Assembly (NCBI GenBank): GCA_951812855.1
Contig: OX638337.1
Span: 630,001 to 662,000, forward strand
Origin: an uncultured Lentisphaeria bacterium
GTDB lineage: Bacteria; Verrucomicrobiota; Lentisphaeria; JABSQK01; JAJFLO01
Length of the DNA stretch: 32,000 nt
Direction of reading: 5' to 3'
Shown piece after piece: positions 27,440 to 32,000 of this stretch. Each line of letters opens with the position of its first letter. Within the stretch, counting starts at the first letter, position 1. The notes beneath the pieces are model-generated. The model made no database searches. It was not told the DNA's origin and saw only the letters and a program-made list of their open reading frames with translations. The position numbers were made by a program, and so were the translations under genes.

Positions 27440-29017
27440 ATGAATCAATTACTAACAATAAAGGAAGCGAGTCTGTGGGCAAGCTCTCACTTGGGAAAAA
27501 ATATCACCACCTCAAATATCTCCTATCTGATACAATACGGCAAAATTAGAAAATATAGAGAAAATGGAATAACTGCCATCAGCAAAACAGAGCTGATTAA
27601 TTATTACAAAAGTTTTAATGGTCAGCGTGAAAGCATCTGGCGGGAAAAACTGGGTGACGATCTTAACTGGGCATTATCGTTTGACCATCTAAAGGAAAAA
27701 GATACCACAAAACATGTGCATCGTCTTCATCCGTATAAAGGGAAATTTATTCCACAACTTGTAGCGTATTTTATTGATAATCATATTGACGATTTTAAAA
27801 AAGAAAAATTCTTTCAAAATGGAGACATCATATTAGATCCTTTTTCGGGAAGCGGAACGACTATGGTGCAAGCCAACGAGCTTGGTATTCACGCCATAGG
27901 TGTAGATATTTCGGCATTCAATGTGTTAATTTCTAATGCAAAGATTACCAGGATTGATATTCAGAATTTGAATAGCGAAATACATAAAATTACTTCTTTA
28001 TTAAGAGAGTTCATTTTAAAAAACAAAAATACAGCATTTGAAAACGAATTACTCAAAGAGCTGAATTTCTTTAATAAAAAATATTTCCCATCCCCTGGAT
28101 ACAAGATAAAAATCCGGAAAAAAGAGATCATTGAAGCACAATATACGCCGATTAAAGAAAAAGAATTTTCCCAAATATTTTATAAATTACAGAATAAATA
28201 TCAGTTAAAAATTGAACAGGATAAAAACGAAACTTTCTTAGAAAGATGGTATCTTGAGCCGGTAAGAAGAGAGATAGATTTTGTATTTGAGCAGTTGCAA
28301 AAAGTAGAAAATTTGGCAACCAAAAAGATCCTGACCATCATTCTCAGCCGCACAATTCGTTCATGTCGAGCAACAACACATGCCGATTTAGCTACACTGA
28401 AACATCCGGTTACTAAGACTTATTATTGCAGAAAACATGGAAAGATTTGCAAACCGCTTTTTTCAATTTTTTCCTGGTGGAACAGATACAGTAAAGACAC
28501 AATAAAACGTCTTTATGAATTTGAAAATTTACGAACAAATACACATCAAAAATGCTTACAGGGAGACGCCAGAAATATTAATATTTTCGATGTATTATCA
28601 GTAAAAGACCCAGAATTTGGGGAGCTGGCAAAAAACAAGAAGATAGCAGGTATATTTTCAAGTCCTCCTTATGTCGGGATGATTGATTACCACGAACAGC
28701 ACGCCTATGCATATGATTTGTTTGGATTTAAACGCAACGATACATTGGAAATAGGCCCACTTTGCAAAGGCCAAGGCAAAGCAGCAAGGGGTACCTATGT
28801 TGATGGAATTTCTCAAGTTTTGAACAACGCAAGACAGTATATGCAGGACAATTTTGATGTGTTTTTTGTCGCCAATGATAAGTTTAATATATATCCCATC
28901 ATTGCGGAAAAATCCGGCATGAAAATTGTCAGCCAATATAAAAGACCCGTCTTAAACAGGACAGAAAAAGACAAATCAGCTTATTCTGAAATAATATTCC
29001 ACCTAAAGGAAAAATAA
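27440..29017 (+). CDS. Type II DNA methyltransferase (amino-MTase; SPPY suggests N4-cytosine or N6-adenine)
   Basis: 525 aa. It has HPYKGKF..ILDPFSGSGTT (motif I, 27836-27862) and SSPPYVGMIDY (SPPY at 28661-28672). Its stop overlaps the start of the downstream REase (ATAATGG). Confidence 0.85.
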   Translation: MNQLLTIKEASLWASSHLGKNITTSNISYLIQYGKIRKYRENGITAISKTELINYYKSFNGQRESIWREKLGDDLNWALSFDHLKEKDTTKHVHRLHPYKGKFIPQLVAYFIDNHIDDFKKEKFFQNGDIILDPFSGSGTTMVQANELGIHAIGVDISAFNVLISNAKITRIDIQNLNSEIHKITSLLREFILKNKNTAFENELLKELNFFNKKYFPSPGYKIKIRKKEIIEAQYTPIKEKEFSQIFYKLQNKYQLKIEQDKNETFLERWYLEPVRREIDFVFEQLQKVENLATKKILTIILSRTIRSCRATTHADLATLKHPVTKTYYCRKHGKICKPLFSIFSWWNRYSKDTIKRLYEFENLRTNTHQKCLQGDARNINIFDVLSVKDPEFGELAKNKKIAGIFSSPPYVGMIDYHEQHAYAYDLFGFKRNDTLEIGPLCKGQGKAARGTYVDGISQVLNNARQYMQDNFDVFFVANDKFNIYPIIAEKSGMKIVSQYKRPVLNRTEKDKSAYSEIIFHLKEK

Positions 29018-29816
29018 TGGCATTGACAAAAACACAAATTGAATCGGTTGAAAGTATTATCAGGGATAGCTTACTTAATAAACTTGAAACCTATCATCCG
29101 GAGCCGGCGGTAATGCCATTCCACACAAGGTTACTCGGCAAAGACAGACTCGCACTTTACGCATTTATTCATTCATTGAATACTAATTTTGGTACAACAA
29201 TATTTGAACCCGTTACGGTTGCGCTTGCCTCAAAGCAATTTAAAATAGCAAGACATAATGTGAAATCAGGCAATCAAATGAGTGCTGATGCTCAGCGTGA
29301 AATTCAAAATATTATGGATGGGCTCACGGCTACTAATCAAAGGCCTGATAAGTCGAAAGAGATTGAGATCATTCGCAATATTTGTCAAACGGGTGAAATG
29401 CGAATAGTGAAACCCACAAAGGTGGATATCTGGCTTGAAGATGAAAATGGAGAAATCTATTTGATAGATATAAAAACGGCAAAGCCTAATAAGGGTGGTT
29501 TTAAGGAATTTAAGCGAACATTATTAGAATGGACAGCTACAGTCTTATCAGAAAATCCCACCGCAAAGATCAATACGCTTATAGCTTCCCATATAATCCT
29601 TATGCACCAAATCCATACAGTAGATGGACAATGGCAGGCATGCTTGATTTAGACAATGAACTGAAAGTTGCAGAAGAGTTTTGGGACTTTCTTGGTGGAA
29701 AAGGTGCATACGAAGATTTACTTGGGTGTTTTGAACGTGTAGGTATTGATTTGAAAAATAAGATAGATAATTATTTTTTAAAATTTAACAACCCTGATAA
29801 GCAGCCTTTAGTTTGA
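29017..29816 (+). pseudogene. TdeIII-like type II restriction endonuclease, disrupted by a 1-nt frameshift near 29586
   Basis: Frame A (29017-29652) reads ..PFHTRLLGKDRLALYAFIHSLNTNFGTTIFEP..IYLIDIKTAKPN..INTLIAS, then nonsense. Frame B (to 29816) continues FPYNPYAPNPYSRWTMAGMLDLDNELKVAEEFWDFLGGKGAYEDLL. Restoring one T in atagcTTccca would join them as ..LIAFPYNPY.. Confidence 0.75.
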
Positions 29817-30170
29817 TGCCACCGTTAGCTTAGTGGCTATTTGCTGTTGAGTCTGAGATGCGATTATACAATTAAAAACCTGATGAGATATTAACCATGC
29901 CAAGACCTGCACTAATAAACGACGAAAACTCCTTCAGAGTTTTTTCTGGAGGTGCTGAAAGAGCACCCTTTATACAGCCACCGAGAGCGATTCACCTGGC
30001 ACGCAGGAAACTTGAGTGAGTTCTCATCCTTGACGGGATCCCTTGCGATTGGAAGGACTTCAAAATCCACCGTGGAGCTATTTGACGAAGCTACGAAGAA
30101 CTTTCAAGAAGCGGAGTTCGAAGAGAGTCCCAATACCAGTCAGTATTTTTGAAAGGGGTGTCCGCTATTT

Positions 30171-30533
30171 TTATAATAAGGTTACAATGACATTGGTCGT
30201 TCTAATTATGACTAATAATTCATTGAGCAGTTTATAAAACCGCGTGTTGCCCAGTTCACCAATTTCACCTGCACCAAATTCATATTCTTTACTAATCGCT
30301 GTATTCTCGACAGCAATTGATACAGATGAAAAAACCTTATCCTCCCCTTCATCATATTCCATACCCTGGATATCGAAGGACATATCATAACTTTCCGGTT
30401 CTTTTATCTGGTCACAGCCTTCTATGTCAATTGACAGATGGTGATCAGAAAAGGAGTCCATTAACAGTTTTTTCAATTCAGAATAATTAATATCAATTTC
30501 TTTTACATCTATAAATGCGGCGATTTTGATCAT
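30171..30533 (-). CDS. Hypothetical acidic protein
   Basis: A 120-aa ORF with no recognised motif. Confidence 0.4.
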   Translation of the reverse strand: MIKIAAFIDVKEIDINYSELKKLLMDSFSDHHLSIDIEGCDQIKEPESYDMSFDIQGMEYDEGEDKVFSSVSIAVENTAISKEYEFGAGEIGELGNTRFYKLLNELLVIIRTTNVIVTLL

Positions 30534-30570
30534 TTTTCCCCAATGGTTTCAAGTGATAAAAAAAGTAATT

Positions 30571-31587
30571 CTACACGTCGGTTAACCAACCATGATTATC
30601 AGGAAGTTCACCAAATTGAACAGCACGGACTTTTTCATACAAGTGTCCTAAAACCGGACCGAATCCAGTTTTCGGACCAACCTCAATAATTCGGTCACCG
30701 CGTTCGATTCGATTAACTGGTGTAATGACAACTGCTGTGCCACAGGCCCCAACTTCAACTAAATCCTGTATTTCATCAAATTGAATGGGACGTTCTTCTA
30801 TTTTCATTCCTGATTCTTTAGCAAGTGTCATTAATGATTTGTTCGTAATACTCTTCAATATCGAATTTGATTCAGGTGTGATGTAGGTGCCGCATTTCGT
30901 AATAGCAATAAAATTTGATGTTCCAAATTCATCGATAAAACGGTTTTCTTTTGCATCCAGATATAAATTGATCGGATAGCCCATTTCCTGTGCGATCTTT
31001 CCGGGTTCCAAACCGGCCGCATAATTCCCGGCAACCTTTACCTGCCCGACACCGTTTGGAGCAGACCTGTCAAAACCGTCAATGACCACTGCACTGACCG
31101 GTTCAATTCCTCCCTTATAATAGTCGCTGACAGGCAGCACAAAAATTATAAAGGTATATTCCCCTGCCGGTTGAACGCCGATACGCGGTCCTGAACCAAA
31201 TAATAACGGTCTGATATATAACGAACCTCCGCTTCCATATGGCGGGACGTACTCAAGATTCTCACGGACAATTCGCCTTACAGCGTTCATGAACATCTCT
31301 TCTGGAATGGCAGGCATCAATATGCGTTTTGCCGTTCTCTCCATACGTCTGGCATTCTCTTCAACACGGAATATTTTTACCTTGCCGTCTTTACAGGTAA
31401 ATGCTTTTAATCCTTCAAAGGCTGCTTGTCCATAATGAAGTGCAGTGGCGGCAATATGTATGTTAAGATACGGATCCTCTTGAAGTTCTCCGCTATCCCA
31501 GCAACCATTTTTCCAGGTATAACATATATGGCTATTCGTATCCATATATGAAAAACCCAGTGATTGCCAATCAATCTCTTTATCCAT
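30571..31587 (-). CDS. ilvE: Branched-chain amino acid aminotransferase
   Basis: 338 aa. Blocks seen: HYGQAAFEGLKAF, IRPLLFG, KVAGNYAA and GTAVVITPV, all typical of fold-type IV BCAT. Confidence 0.92.
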   Translation of the reverse strand: MDKEIDWQSLGFSYMDTNSHICYTWKNGCWDSGELQEDPYLNIHIAATALHYGQAAFEGLKAFTCKDGKVKIFRVEENARRMERTAKRILMPAIPEEMFMNAVRRIVRENLEYVPPYGSGGSLYIRPLLFGSGPRIGVQPAGEYTFIIFVLPVSDYYKGGIEPVSAVVIDGFDRSAPNGVGQVKVAGNYAAGLEPGKIAQEMGYPINLYLDAKENRFIDEFGTSNFIAITKCGTYITPESNSILKSITNKSLMTLAKESGMKIEERPIQFDEIQDLVEVGACGTAVVITPVNRIERGDRIIEVGPKTGFGPVLGHLYEKVRAVQFGELPDNHGWLTDV

Positions 31588-31860
31588 AAAACAGTCTCAT
31601 TTTCAATAATTAAATCCAATACCTGAATTAAGCGGCTGGATTCTGTATTCAACGGAACTCTAACGGCCCTGAATCAGGTAATAAATAACTAAAAATCAAT
31701 CCTGGTTTCCAATCAGAATCAAAATTTAAAGCTAATACGGTTTTTGCCTAAAAACAATTCAATCATAAAAAGTTAATATCAGATTGTATACTCAAAATAG
31801 ATCCCGATATTATAGGGGTTTGATATTTCACTCAGCCAAAATAAAATACGCAGGTACTAA

Positions 31861-32000
31861 ATGATTTTCACGATTGCCGGAATTACCTTTGCCGTTCTAA
31901 TTATTTCAGCAGCTTTCAGTGTTTGGAAGATCTTTCCTAAAAATAAAGATTTATGGCGAATTATTCCTCGAGAAAAACGATTCGGCTCAGTGCTGGGGTT
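31861..32000 (+). CDS. Possible membrane protein, 5' part only (runs off the window)
   Basis: The ATG at 31861 opens MIFTIAGITFAVLIISAAFSVWKIF..., a hydrophobic N-terminus. The window end truncates it. Confidence 0.3.
   Translation, partial: MIFTIAGITFAVLIISAAFSVWKIFPKNKDLWRIIPREKRFGSVLG

Larger units (their letters stand above)
25111..30170. other. Possible second accessory segment 3' of tRNA-Leu(UAA)
   Basis: It starts directly after the tRNA 3' end. It holds 1.3 kb of repeat-rich non-coding DNA, then very AT-rich genes (GT2, a type II MTase, a frameshifted REase) and degraded ORFs. I found no integrase or att repeat, so the right boundary is a guess. Confidence 0.35.

Noticed and set aside
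29817-29850. The tRNA-like string GCCACCGTTAGCTTAGTGGCTA just after the REase gene.
   Set aside because: It contains only a D-arm-like hairpin. No anticodon arm or GTTCGAATC-type T-arm follows. It is more likely a weak GCCAC/GTGGC stem after the stop codon.
30113-30131. GTTCGAAGAGAGTCCC, considered as a possible att-type copy of the tRNA-Leu(UAA) T-arm (GTTCGAGTCCCC).
   Set aside because: It matches only with a 5-nt insertion, over about 11 nt. The acceptor-stem part is not repeated, so it is probably coincidence.

Overview
This is a low-GC bacterial chromosomal window. By eye, flanking 60-nt lines run about 13-16 G+C out of 60. Most of it is housekeeping: a partial yebC-like gene, trxB, mtaB-like, Fe/Mn SOD, aroC, clpB, an S8 protease, yraN, an M18 aminopeptidase, a CpsB-type phosphatase, two GT2 glycosyltransferases, ilvE, three tRNA-Leu isoacceptors and one tRNA-Thr. 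No rRNA, CRISPR array, transposase or integrase was seen. Two accessory segments each lie on the 3' side of a tRNA-Leu gene. (1) 14074-20480 is much GC-richer, up to 36/60 in counted lines. It holds four translationally coupled genes: an MmeI/PglX-like N6-adenine methyltransferase-TRD protein whose N-terminal nuclease-like module appears to lack catalytic residues; a 134-aa ORF with a YraN-like PD-(D/E)xK signature; an SF2 DEAH-type (DEFH) helicase; and a protein with a C-terminal T5orf172/GIY-YIG-like domain. I consider this the best candidate for an undescribed split, RM-like or BREX-like defence system. It abuts a cysteine desulfurase gene fragment next to tRNA-Leu(UAG). (2) 25111 to about 30170 is extra AT-rich. 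It contains 1.3 kb of repeat-rich non-coding DNA, a GT2 gene, and a type II RM pair whose TdeIII-like endonuclease carries a 1-nt frameshift, leaving the SPPY methyltransferase effectively orphan. Other oddities are two separate Ser/Thr-kinase-like gene remnants flanking the S8 protease gene and short repeats flanking aroC. All family calls come from reading motifs by eye. No searches were run.
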